Below are positions 47,259 to 59,078 of a DNA stretch of 64,000 bases, in pieces. Source of the DNA: Klebsormidium nitens (taxonomy: Eukaryota; Plantae; Klebsormidiophyceae); contig DF236968.1 of the NCBI GenBank assembly GCA_000708835.1, forward strand, positions 1 through 64,000, in the 5' to 3' direction. How positions within the stretch are numbered: position 1 is the first letter of the stretch; every line of letters starts with the position of its first letter. A program made the position numbers and the translations under genes. The notes beneath the pieces were generated by a model. It was given only the letters and a program-made list of their open reading frames with translations, ran no database searches and was not told where the DNA came from.

Positions 47259-50200
47259 ATGGTCGCCATGACCACCGAAGCGGTGCCATATTCGACGCTC
47301 CAGCTGGGGGAGGCGACCCTGCATTTCCTGCACACAGCAATGGGCCGCATGTTTCTGATGGCCGAGGTCGCCGGGCAGCTCTTCCGCGAAAATCCGGGCA
47401 CTTTTTCCAAAGAGCTCAGGAGCGGGCGGTATGGAAAAGTGCACACGGAGAGTCGGGGGGTGCTCCGGGCAATGAGCGCGCTCGGGATCCCGCCCGAGTC
47501 TCAAGTTGTGGAAGGTGGGGATACTTCTTTCCCATTGCATGCATCCAGCTTGCGCATATGATGGACTAAGGGTCGTCCTTCGTGATTGTAAGTGACCAAA
47601 TGCATGTCCAATAACCCCAAAGGAAGGGACTTATCTGTTGAAATTGAGTCGAGCAACAATTGGCACCCTGCCTGCGCCAGGATCCTTCAGAACTCTGACT
47701 AAAATGTCGTCCAGCGCTTTTGTGCTGGCGCAAGTGATGTCTAATGTCATACAGAGAAGCAAGGATTCCACACATTGATGCACATGTCCTATGAATGCGC
47801 AGCCAGATAAACTGCATAACCTGGGTTTGCAAGGGAATCAAGTAACATTTCAAAGCCAGTTCTTTTGCAAAGGTAGATGAAGGTGGTCAGTCTTGCCCAC
47901 CGCTTTCTCCCTTGCATTTCATTTCAACTTGTTTCAATCATTGATGTGAACTCACTACCCTTTGCTCCTTTCAAGTGTGAGCATCTTCAGTAGCGTTTGT
48001 TTTCTCTTCTCAGCTTCAAACAAAGAGGGAAAACCGATAAAAAATGTTCCATCTAACCTGAGACTACTTCTCTTCATCTTCACCATTCAGACCGAACCGG
48101 TCCGCTTGTGCAGGCGCCACGCTCATCTCCCCACAAGTTCTAGAGACATTGCTGCGCGACCGTCACATGACGGCACTGCTCCAGCCGTTCCGCCTTGCTC
48201 TTCTACGCCTGGCTTCGCAGGTGGGCTGGCCGGCCTGACACTGTCCTTTTCCAATACGCCTTCTCCTGGGAAGAAATCGGCATTTAGATCTTTCCTACCC
48301 GCAAAGGTGCTCGTTTCACAGCTGCACTATCTTCGCACTTGAATTGTATAAGCCCTTGTGTTTCTCAACATCATCTCGTGCCGTTTTAGGCCGACTTCGG
48401 GTTCTGGCAGGTGGGCTGTTCGAGAAGCCTCTCAGCTTCTTGTTTTCGGGTACTCGCTTCGGTTACGGCTAGCATCGCATCATGCTGTCCTTTGACAGAC
48501 CCCCCTTTCCACAAGCAGCTTTCGATCTACGGCTGGCTTCGGAAGTGGGCTGGCCGCCCGCGCCTAGTTCCCCTGTTTCCTGTTCAGTGTTTCGAGACCC
48601 ATCTTAGGTTTTTCTCAGAAGGAGATTCTTGGAATACGCCTTTTCTTAGATGGCAGCCCAGGTCAACCTCAGCAATCTCTTTCAGAACTCTCTTCCTCCA
48701 GAGGTTTTTGCTGAAGCTCCAAATCTGCTGGGACTAGGGAAGCGCCGCGTGCGCAGCTGATGACGGCCGGTGGCCACAAGCGGACCCTGCCCGTTGCTTC
48801 CCATGAAACCTTTCCTGAGAAAGCTCGCCCCTAAACGATTGCGCTTGGCAGCCTCATACTGCGCGACCTTGGATCCAATTCCCGAAACCACCTTTCTATG
48901 CAGGAAGCGGCGCAGCTGATGGCGGCAGGCGACTACGAGGCGGCTCTGCCGGTTGCGGTCAATGCCGTGAAGCAAGGGCAAGAGGTGTACAAGCCCGCCG
49001 CCTCAATTCAGCTCTTCCCACTTTATCTTCTGGCAGCTCAGGTGAGGGGTGTGGAAACGCTCACATCCGGGCCCCCAAGTCAAAGATTCAGGTGATCTGT
49101 GTGACTGGGCTTGTATTGACCCGCTCAGATTCGCTGCCTCGATCCATTTTTTCCTCCTCCTCAACCTTCCAGCCGCCCAAGCAAGTCTCGGCTGCGCTCC
49201 TTTCTTGGCTATTTAGTTTTGGATTGATCATGATCGAGCAGACGGTCCTGTCGAGATGTCGATCCGACTTCTATCAAGGCGTCCATGGCGAGAATGACTG
49301 CTCATTTGGCATCCATCGACGATGCAGATTCTGGCCTCAGCAGAACGCCCACACTTGCACCGCCAAGAGATACCCATTGCGATCGGATTCTCCAAAGACG
49401 GCTTCATCGGGCATCCCAACAAAGTTGACTCTGAAGCGGGCGTACCAGTGCAAACGTTTGCTACGAAAGCTTTGCTAAAGAAACTTTGAGTTCTCTCGTG
49501 CAGGCAAACCTGGGCCTCAAACGCGCGCGGCAGTGTGAGGAGTTTCTGGGCCTGGCTTCGTGGCTCGCGCTCAAAGAACCGGGGCTCACAACCAACGTCA
49601 TGCAGAGCCAGCTGAGCAGACTGTTCGGTCAGCTATACGCTATGGAGGTACGCTTCGCTGTATCCTCGCTCCGTGTTTCGTCCAAAACACCACTCGATCC
49701 GCAGGGCTCGATCCGCAGGCGTCCTCGAGGGCAAACGGATCACAGTTTTCATGCTCTGTTTGCCATTGAACGAACCAGTCCATCTTGGAAATGATCCAGG
49801 AGACTAATCATTCGCGAAAGAAACAAGAGAGCAAATCTGGCCTTCGAGAAGAACACGTTCAAACAGGCCGAGACCGGGAATGGCCAGGGCAGACCTGCCC
49901 TTGATCACACGGTCAGCACAAAGACGGGTATGATTCTGCTTCGGGGCATCCGTTGTCTAACATAACGGGCTTCGTTTTTGCAGGAGAAAGGCACGGAAGC
50001 CATCCAGTCTTTCGCGGAGGACATATACTTTTGCTCCCTGGAGCACGGCCCCCGGGACGTGCGCACCACGCTCGGCTACTACAACATCGCCAAGATCTTC
50101 GAGTCCCAAGTGAGTACCAAATGATCGAGGTTTGTAAGTGGTGGGGCAACCACTGGGAGAGAGAAGGGCTTTTGCCCTACTATCAATCTAGTCATTGGAC

Positions 50201-51712
50201 AATTTGAGCACTTCAAGATTACCGTGGAAGCCTTTTGAAGGGTAACCAGTTTGGTTCAACAAAGGGTGGGTGAGCAACGGGATGCAGCGTCCTGACCGCG
50301 TCTGCTGCACGCTGGTCCAATGGGCGGGGCAGAGAAGAACGTTTGGCTCGTTTCGAGGACGAAGAAAGGAGGTTCTCAATCTGCAACAAAGTGTGACGTC
50401 GGCTTCTGACGTCTGCCATGAGTAAAAGCGTGTCGTGGGTCGTTTTGCAAGCACAGCAATCTGAATCTGGCAATCTGAGAATCTTGGGATCTGAAAACAT
50501 CTCTTTCCGCTGCAATTGATCTTTTGGAGGGCCATAAGACAGTATTTCTACTCTGATTGATCCGCTTGGACGGCGACCGCTTTACGTCGAAGAGGCCGCC
50601 GGGGAGCTGGTTCGAGATGGCAGCTCCGATATGTGACGTTGAGGTTTTGTGCCTTTTGTGGGCTCGGGTCCAATGATATTCTAACGGAGGATCGTACCTT
50701 ACAAGAAATCTGTGATCACTAGGACGCGGAAGCAGACGCTTTACGAGGAGTTGTATTAAAGCACAGTCTGGGCAAAAGTCGTTCTTTTGCCCGCAAGATT
50801 TAGAGGATCTCTTCTTTGTCCTGGCCATAATTGTTCTCTTTGACGAAGCGTGCTGTGCATCGGGGACTCGCGCAGTTGCAGAAACAACGTCTCTGACGGG
50901 TCAATCTTTCCGTCGCTTTCTCTGATCGAGAAGCTAATTCTTGTCAAAGTCGAACTTATGAGTCCACATCCACCACCGAGAGAGGGACTCACGAACTTTC
51001 CGACTCTAAAAAGTCGTATTAGAAATTACGAGGTCTGGGTGGAGACTCATCTGCGTGGAAGAGGTCTTGACGCTTGATAGAGCGTAGTCAACGCCCTCCT
51101 TTCACCGCTAAGCCGTTTGACTTGCCAGGGCCTTTAGGGGCCAAGCCTCTCCAACAATCTGATTCGGAGGGTGCAGGCTTCCTCTCCAATTCGTCTACAA
51201 ACAAGGATGTTTCGGTAGAGTAGCATTTGCGAAGGCAGAGTCAATTTTAATGAGATCACCACGTATGGTTTTTGTAGGACGATAAAGCGAAGGCCCTCGC
51301 ATACCTGGGCCAGGTCATCACCATCTGGCTCGACACCGCGCTCCGGCTTCAACAGAACGGAACGGGAACGGAAACCGCTCAACGGAAGTCGACCGGAAAC
51401 GGAAGGACCAGCCCGGACGCTCAAACGGAAACGCTTCCGCTCGGCAAAGCCCAGTTGAGCGAAGTCGTGGGCATGCTAGACGATGCGTGCAATCTTCGAG
51501 AAGAAGCGCACGGCGCAAACAGCGGTGCGGTTGCCGAAGCGTGCTTTGCTGTCGGCCTTGTTCGGAGCCTGGTGGGCGATGTCCAAGCTGCGGCGAGGGA
51601 TCTAGAGAGAGCGGGTTCGATATACGGGGCCCTCCGAGAGCCAGATCTGGAGCAGCGGGTGCGCAGCGCGATGATAAGACTCTTCTCAGTTACGCCAGAG
51701 ACGGGGAGATGA
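47259..51712 (+). CDS. ZMYND12: ZMYND12 / Chlamydomonas p38-like TPR protein (inner-arm dynein accessory); exons about 47259-47517, 48114-48220, 48902-49041, 49502-49647, 49984-50110, 51277-51712
   Basis: GDYEAALPVAVNAVK...QLFPLYLLAAQANLGLKRARQCEEFLGLASW...SQLSRLFGQLY...AEDIYFCSLEHGPRDVRTTLGYYNIAKIF parallels ZMYND12 (EDAVPAA...LVPAYPLLAEASLGL...ANDIYFASCAFGTEDIRTSGGYFHLANIF). Phases join cleanly. Confidence 0.85.
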
Positions 51713-52522
51713 TATTGCATCCCAAAGGCGGCAATCTGAAGCTACCTATGAGTGTTGAGCACGATGTCATAAGATCATGATGAACTGGATCATCGCCCAC
51801 TACTTAAATGAGCCACTGGACGCTCGCATGTTTGAACGTCTCCAGGCTTAATTTGACGAGATCAACGGGTCCCTGATGCAAGTCTCGAAGTTCATGAACT
51901 GATGAACAACATGAGTGTTTGTGCCTGTTTCGAACATGTCGAATGATGATTTGATATGCGGCTCCTATTGTTGTGCAGCAAATCAACATGGCGGGCTGTC
52001 TGAACATCCTCTAACTATGGTTATACCAGTTGTGAGGTCCCTTGAGTCGACAGGATCAACACCCATACCAGTTATAGGTATGTCCGTATAGTTATTCACA
52101 AAGCGCCGCGAGTCTGTCTTTCGCCAGGTCCAGGAGATTGTCACCTTCCGGGCATAACCATGGGCCGCTCATGCATGAACTTGAAGGAATGAAGCACAAG
52201 ATGCCCCGCTCAACGATTCTCACAGTACGGTACTCGTTAACCTGTCGGAGGTTCTCGCTGTCAGCGAGCCACTCATGAACGACTTGAACATTTGATTCAC
52301 CGTGCTGAATACGGAACCGGAATTGCGTCATCGTAGACTGCGGCGGAACCGGAATGCAAGCTCACTTCTTGCCTTCTAATTTGCAGCTGCTGCATACATA
52401 CATATTAATATACTTCTTATTAGTATACTTCTTAGGCCGTAGCATGAGGCTGTGCAAACCCCGTGCAAACGTGTAGGTACCAGGCTGACAAACCACCAAA
52501 ATTTGGGGGGGTCGCTAATTGC

Positions 52523-53732
52523 AATGTTGAATGCAACTATTTGGGGCGCAGGCAAGCAGCAGGAAGGGCCTGCAACGTCCATCAACATCCTGCCCGACGC
52601 CGTGCTTGTTCAAATCTTCTCTCAGGCGCCCTCTCTCAAGGACCTGTGCTCCTTTCAACAAGTGTGCAAGAGCTGGCGTGCGCTCACCACCCAGATTGAG
52701 TGCCTCCATTTTTAAGCAGCCAAAGGCGTGCAAGCGCACAAAGGTTACTTCTTTACTGACTTCGGTGCCAGCGCTCAAGAACTTTTACTGGGAGTCGGCA
52801 GTAGAGCCTGAGCTTGCAGAATTGGCGCAGCTCCTCAGGAATCTGCAGTCGCTTCTATTGAGGAAGCTGTCTCAGAAGGCGCTGAGGAAGACAGACTGGG
52901 AGCTTGTGCGGCTTGTGAAGCTGCGAGTGAGCTTCTTGAAAGTGGGTTTGCATGATGTCAGCAGCCTCCTCAAGTGTTGCCCCGCATTGGAAGAGCTCTG
53001 CGTCGATTCTTTTGAGGCCGATGGTGACTGCGGGGACAAACTGGTTGTGGCATCGAAGTCACTGACTAAGTTGGAGGTTGTCAAGGTTTGCCTAAGCTCC
53101 CGGCTCCATGTTGAGGTCAGGGCGCCTGAACTGCGGGAGTTATGCCTTGGTTCGACGCATCGGACCACGATTGAGAGCATTCACCTTGAGGAGCACCGGC
53201 TTGAGAAGGTTGCTGTATCTGCGGATGGCACAAAGTTGACTTATGCAGACGCCTCCTCGCTTGACAACATCCACCAACTTGTGGTGTGGGCGCAATCACA
53301 TGTCTTTATAGATTGGGAGGCTGTCTTTGCGAAAATAATAGATTGCTTCCCATTATTAAGCAGTCTCTCCTTCCAAGCACATGGGAACCTGGAGGAGTGG
53401 TGCCATCGGAAGAAACCTGTGTCCGTTGAGAGATTCTGCGCTACAGACCTAAGCGGTCTGAAAAGCCTCACTTTGGAAGCCATCATGCTCCAGGGTTTGG
53501 AAGCAATTCCCACACCCTCTAGTATTCTTCAGAAGCCCAGGTTTCCTAGCCTTGTCACAATTGAGTGCGGCCTCCCGCATGCAATGACCGAGAGTTGCTT
53601 TGACACGTTGTACTGGTTCTTGGAAATGCCCCATCTCTGAAAATTCTAGTTGTGAAAGGAAGGAGGAACATGATTGCCAAGGCACCATTAAATCAAAGGA
53701 AGCATCCTGAGGTTCTTGTCACCTTTAAGTAA
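52523..53732 (+). pseudogene. F-box/LRR(/FBD-like) gene interrupted by two single-base homopolymer frameshifts (pseudogene or sequencing error)
   Basis: F-box INILPDAVLVQIFSQ..LKDLCSFQQVCKSWR ends in CAT TTT TAA at 52713. LRRs (LLKCCPALEELCV...LEVVK...VRAPELRELCL) continue in another frame. The C-terminal NAPSLKILVVKG lies in a shifted frame after GAAATG at 53624. Confidence 0.75.
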
Positions 53733-55110
53733 GGGGCGAAGGGGAGTAGGAAAAATTCGGTCACCTGTCTTGGAAAACTGCTTTTGTGGACGCTGTCTGC
53801 ACATACTTTTGCGAGTCTCGATTCAGTCTCGTGTGTTAGGAAGCTCCAATGATGGAAACAATATTAGAGCTCTGAATTTCCATCATGTATGCATCGGTTT
53901 GCGATATAGGAAGAGAGACCTAGGACAATCATGACGAGTTCTGCTGACCTTTGGCAATTGGTGTGGGATGGTTCATGGAGCTGATGTTGGCGCTTCCATG
54001 CCCCCGAGCTTGAGCTTAATCCTCGAGTCAAGTGTAAAAGCCTGGCATGAATAGCGCTCTGCTTCATGACATCGAGCTAGAGATGAGCGATAATTGAGAC
54101 ACGGTGGCTGTACATATCTCATTCATTAATTTGAAGGCGATCACGGCGGCCCCCGAGTCCAAGTTTTCCATGGAGAACTAGCGTTATCAAGCGTTTTTGA
54201 TAGTGATTGATTTTAAGTTATTAGGGACACAAACTGAGCATGCCCCTAAAAAGATAGCTCTATGCCAGGAATTGTATAGGTGTACGTATGCAACTGCACA
54301 CGTCTGCCTTGAGTTGCTATTTCATGATATAGAATTAAAGACACTCTTGCAACCCGTCTAGGTACCTATATATATACTGCAGAATTGGATCGGCTAGTCG
54401 ACATACGAATCAATCCGTGAAAATCTCTCGATTCAACATGTATGTACTCGCACCGCCATGCATGTTACCTCTGCAAAAGTGTGTCTGATCTTACAAAAGC
54501 CTGTGCATGAACGTACCGCACAAGACTATAAGCAGATACGGGCCAGTCAAGGACGTACTAGGCATAAAACATGACCGAATCCTGCATGGCAACTTCCAAC
54601 TTACACGTGCGTGACATGCGTGGTCTACGCAATATGCCACCAATCAGTAAGGGTGCCAAATTAAATATTCAGACATTGTGATCAGACAGCTTTCGAATGC
54701 ATGAAACAAACCCTTCTACAGAAGCACGTTGAGCATTATGTGCAAACATTTCAAAATTACAACGATCATGGTATGTCCATCCCCCAGAATTACACACGAT
54801 GCTTAAAAGCGACAAACACCCATTGCTAATGTGAATACCTGGGCGAATACGCTTGTCCTGATTAACTCGGGAGATCCCTTCAGTTCCCTTCCTTCAGTTC
54901 CATTCCAGTGCGACGGCCTGACCCTTGATTTCCTGATATACGGTATTGTGTGCTACTTGGGAGAACTTTCGTTGGCACAATTAGAAACCAAGTCCCGCCA
55001 ACATTCAGGTCCATTATAAGGACAACTTGGCAATGAAGTGGAGCTTGTACTTTCACTTTCAAGCGGAGCTTATCTACAAAGAAACCTCTTATCGCTTTCT
55101 CAGTCGCAGT

Positions 55111-56728
55111 CTACTTCTGCCACCACAATGCCACATTCTTCTGCCGATGAATCTTCTTTTGGAGCTGCAGCAGACCGTAAAGAAGCGCTTCGGCGGTGGG
55201 TGGACACCCCGGGACATAGATGTCAACAGGCACAATCCTGTCGCACCCCCGCACGACCGAGTATGAGTAGTGGTAGTAACCGCCGCCGTTGGCACAGCTT
55301 CCCATAGATACGACCCACCGCGGCTCGGGCATCTGATCATACACCCTGTAAGAAAGGTAGCGCTGTTCAGTCATCAAGGATTTCAGCAAGCTTTTCGCTT
55401 CTACTAAACGCACACAGCATTCGAAAATAACCCTTCGTTGCTGAAAATGGGCGTAAGGATTTGCCTGTGTAAGCTACAAAGCAGACGCCATTCCTTTCTT
55501 GCGATATCAGACAGCAATCTTACTGGTGACTTGGAAACCGTGCAACCAGCTGTGTCCAGTTATTGGGCCTGCGACCACTATGGATGTGGAAAGTGCTGGG
55601 AACTACAATCAACCCCTCCAACCAACCCACTGACACACCCTCAAACGCGGCCTGGTCTAAGTCAGCCACTGAGCCAGTCGTTTTTCAATTGCGATTAGAA
55701 ACTGACTGATGCAATCTGGGCAGTAATCAATCGAAACAATCGCTTGAGTGACCCTGTTTTAGCACAAACTAGGCGATAAAAAGTGGAGGTTACGCAAAGC
55801 TTGCCAAAAGCAGCCCCAAGCGACAAACAACCCCACCGACCAAACTTACATAGCTCAAAAACTGCACAAACAGTACAATCGAAAACTTTACGGGGTGATA
55901 CTAAGCCCTAACAGCAAACACATACATGAACAGAAGCAGAAAAAAGTAGTTTGTGACCGCCAAAAAGAACTCGTTTAATAAGCAGCCGACTTGCATGCGA
56001 CTGTGTCAATCTAGGAGCATTTTGATTCTAGAAACCAATAAATTTGCTCAAGAGGCTAAAAACCTCTACAGCAGTCCTCGACTACAACCTTGCCTTCCGA
56101 AACGGACCCTACATACATACTAGACGCATTTTTAGAGCTTTGAACTGCTATCTATGAGTGGCAACACTAGCCTGACACGTTTGGCCTTGGTCTCTTTAAA
56201 GTCGTGGCCATTACCCCAAAAGATCATGGGCGTTTGATGCTACTGGTGCATACTGACATGCCTAACCATTTCATGCAATATGCAGTGAAAATTGGCTTCT
56301 GCTATTATGTGCTCTTCAAACACACAGAAGCGCAGAGCCTAGTCAAAGCAACATAGCTAAAAGAGTCAATCAAGGCCAGATTGTCGCCTGTGTAAAGTTT
56401 CGAGTATCAGAAGTACTCAAGCAGGTACTTACTTGCGAAGTGCGGGAGCCATCTTATTTGTGAGCGTTCCTGCCACAATCATCACGTCAGACTGCCGGGG
56501 GCTCGGCCTGAAGATGATCCCAAACCTGTCCAGATCATAGCGCGCCGCTCCTGTGTGCATCATCTCAACAGCACAGCACGCAAGCCCAAAGGTCATCGGC
56601 CACATGGACCCCTTTCTGGCCCAGTTTACAAGATGGTCGACTTTTGTGATCACATACTCGCCAGCGGATGAGGCCCCCTGCTTCGCCAACCCCGTGGCAG
56701 CCGTGGCGGCCTTGGCGGCGGTGGCCAT
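55111..56728 (-). CDS. NDUFS7: NADH:ubiquinone oxidoreductase 20 kDa Fe-S subunit (PSST); exons about 56728-56433 and 55346-55111; true start uncertain
   Basis: [23 protein letters not shown]...[81 protein letters not shown]. Confidence 0.97.
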
Positions 56729-59078
56729 GAGGAACTCCCGTCTATCACTTACACCCTTACTAGCTTCTTGCGTGTGCAAAGCAAACCTTTTTGTGCTTCA
56801 ACAACCTGAGAAGATCCCCACAATGAATGAAGCCCGATTTGGAGGAACAAGCAATAGAGTGAGCACGAATATCAGCACCCTTCTTAGGCTCAACAGGCAC
56901 CAATCCAAAATGCAAAAGCGAACCTCTTCCTGTTTCTAGAAGAGCTTTCCCAAGCCAGAGCTTTGCTTTCTGCCAGGCGTCTGCACAACTTGAAGAACTG
57001 AGGTCAGACTTGAGTGAATCTGACAACTTGGATTCGGCCCTGGTCTAGTTTGCAGAAGCTCGTCAGCAGACATACTGTGTTTGCTTCGCGACCGTACGTT
57101 GCCGTTCAGTACCAATCGGACGGTGCAAAGTTGTTGTAACTAGAGCGGCTGCTTCTGTAACGGGTATGTAGCCAGTATAAATTTTGCGAACCTCCATCCG
57201 GAAAGTCTCAACGAGGAAAATTCTCAGGGAGGTGAACGACTGTGGAACAAGTGTGGAACAACTGCTGTCTGCGATTCGTGAAAAACTGCAGCAATTGGCG
57301 CAGCGATTGTGCTTGCCATGAGGCCTGGCATGAGGGCATCAGTAATATCGCTTCTGTCCTCTTCTAGGCTGCCCCAAACTGTGTTGATCAGACCGCATGC
57401 ACGCGCAAGGGTGGAAAAGTGCGCAATTAGTCATGCAAGTTCGCCAGAGTTTCTCAGACAGGCGAGGCCCCTTGATGGGACCTGACCACACGAAGTGGCA
57501 GCCCTACAATCGAGTTTGATCCCATGTAGGCTGGATAAGGAAAAGGACGGGCAAAAAGGGAAGGGTGAAGGGGCAGAAGTGAAGGTAAGTAGGGGTTGTC
57601 CAGGGTGGAAGGTTCCCATTTGCCCAATGCTGACATTAGGCCAGCAGAAATGATTGGTTGGCAGTGTTACGCGCTTGTACTCGAGTATCCTTGAAAACAT
57701 CGACCTGTCAGCAGTGGCCACTGCCTCTTGAGGTGACTGACTGCAGTTGCTGACCTGGATTCATTGGATCACTTTGAGGATGCCCCCAACTTCCATCTCT
57801 GAAAAAGATGGCTCGGTTGATTGCATTGGCTGATGTAGCTTTCAATGTGTCTTCGATGCCCCTGCTGCTTTACTTGAGAGGTCTGCACAAGGGTCACTTT
57901 AAGAAGATGAATTTCGGCTTAATCACTTACATCCTGTTACTCAAATCTACTATGATGTTGACCAGGTTTTGGAGCTCTACACAAGGGGCACCATCTCTAG
58001 GCATTCCCTTCCTTAGTTCCTTATCTATGCTGGCCAAGTCTCCATGCTTAAGCTTACTGGCCAAGTGCCAGACACCTTCCCACTCCCAAAGCACCACATG
58101 GTGCTCCTTATCCCTTGCAATCTCCTCCACAAGAGTTACTTCTTTGGACCGCCCTTGCCCTGCTTTGGCCACCATGGCCGAGAGACTTCTCACCAGAAGC
58201 TCGTCCAACCTCGTTTTCTTCCCCCCCGTTGAGAACAGATGGTCTCTCTTTGCAGGGATAACCCGCCTGCAGCGCCTGCTCTTCACATCCCTGTGGTTTC
58301 TCGGCTGCATTCCATTGGCGGTCAGCGATTGGTCCAGCTTCGCAAGTGGCGAACAGCTCCAGAGCTTGTCACAACATACGGAACGTTCCAGCTCCTGTAG
58401 GTGTGAATCCATCCAGAAGTACTGGGTACTACACTTGTTTCTGCTTTTTCCGCCAATTGAAGTGTGGTATCTGCTTGCTAGCTGAGGTAGATTGTCGAAG
58501 GAGGGCTTTAAGCACGTGGTTTCGCGGCAGTCCTTGTTACAAGATTCCCTGCTCTAGTATTGCATTAGGGATTGGTGGACCGCTTTCATTTTCGGCGCCG
58601 CAATTTACTAGCATACAGGCCACTTACATTGCAAGGGCGTTAGAGACCTTAGGACTCCTCAATTGAGGGAGTGGCCTTGTTGCCAGGAGTAGATCTCTGG
58701 GGGACATACACATAGATCGTACGCATCTGCGTGCATTGGACCAGCAACTGACTTTGTTGAGTGGAGAGGTGAAGCTCTTGCCACGCCACAAGGAGCTCAC
58801 CTGTCAAGTCGCTTTCCCGACAAGCCTCCTGGTATCTTAGTATCAAATCTCAAGCCTCTCTTAATCGGGCGCAGAGTTCTGCGATCGCTGATGTCCCTTA
58901 CAAAGTTTCTCAACTAGCTACCAAGGTAACATCCTTTCAGCTAGGGGTATAATACGGTTGTTAGAGGTGCTCTCAGATTCCATTCAAGCAGACACATGAG
59001 AGCTTGTGAAGGAGACAACAAGAAACCTTGGATTCCCTGCAGATATTCCGACCCGTGCCTTCCTGCGGTCTGACCAAG

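Noticed and set aside
51350-51440. AACGG(A) repeats
   Set aside because: Simply encode a low-complexity linker (NGTGTET...) within the last ZMYND12 exon.
57431-58846. Minus-strand ORFs (161 aa and others) between NDUFS7 and the kinesin
   Set aside because: Could not be joined into a coherent gene or assigned to a family or transposon; possibly a decayed gene fragment.
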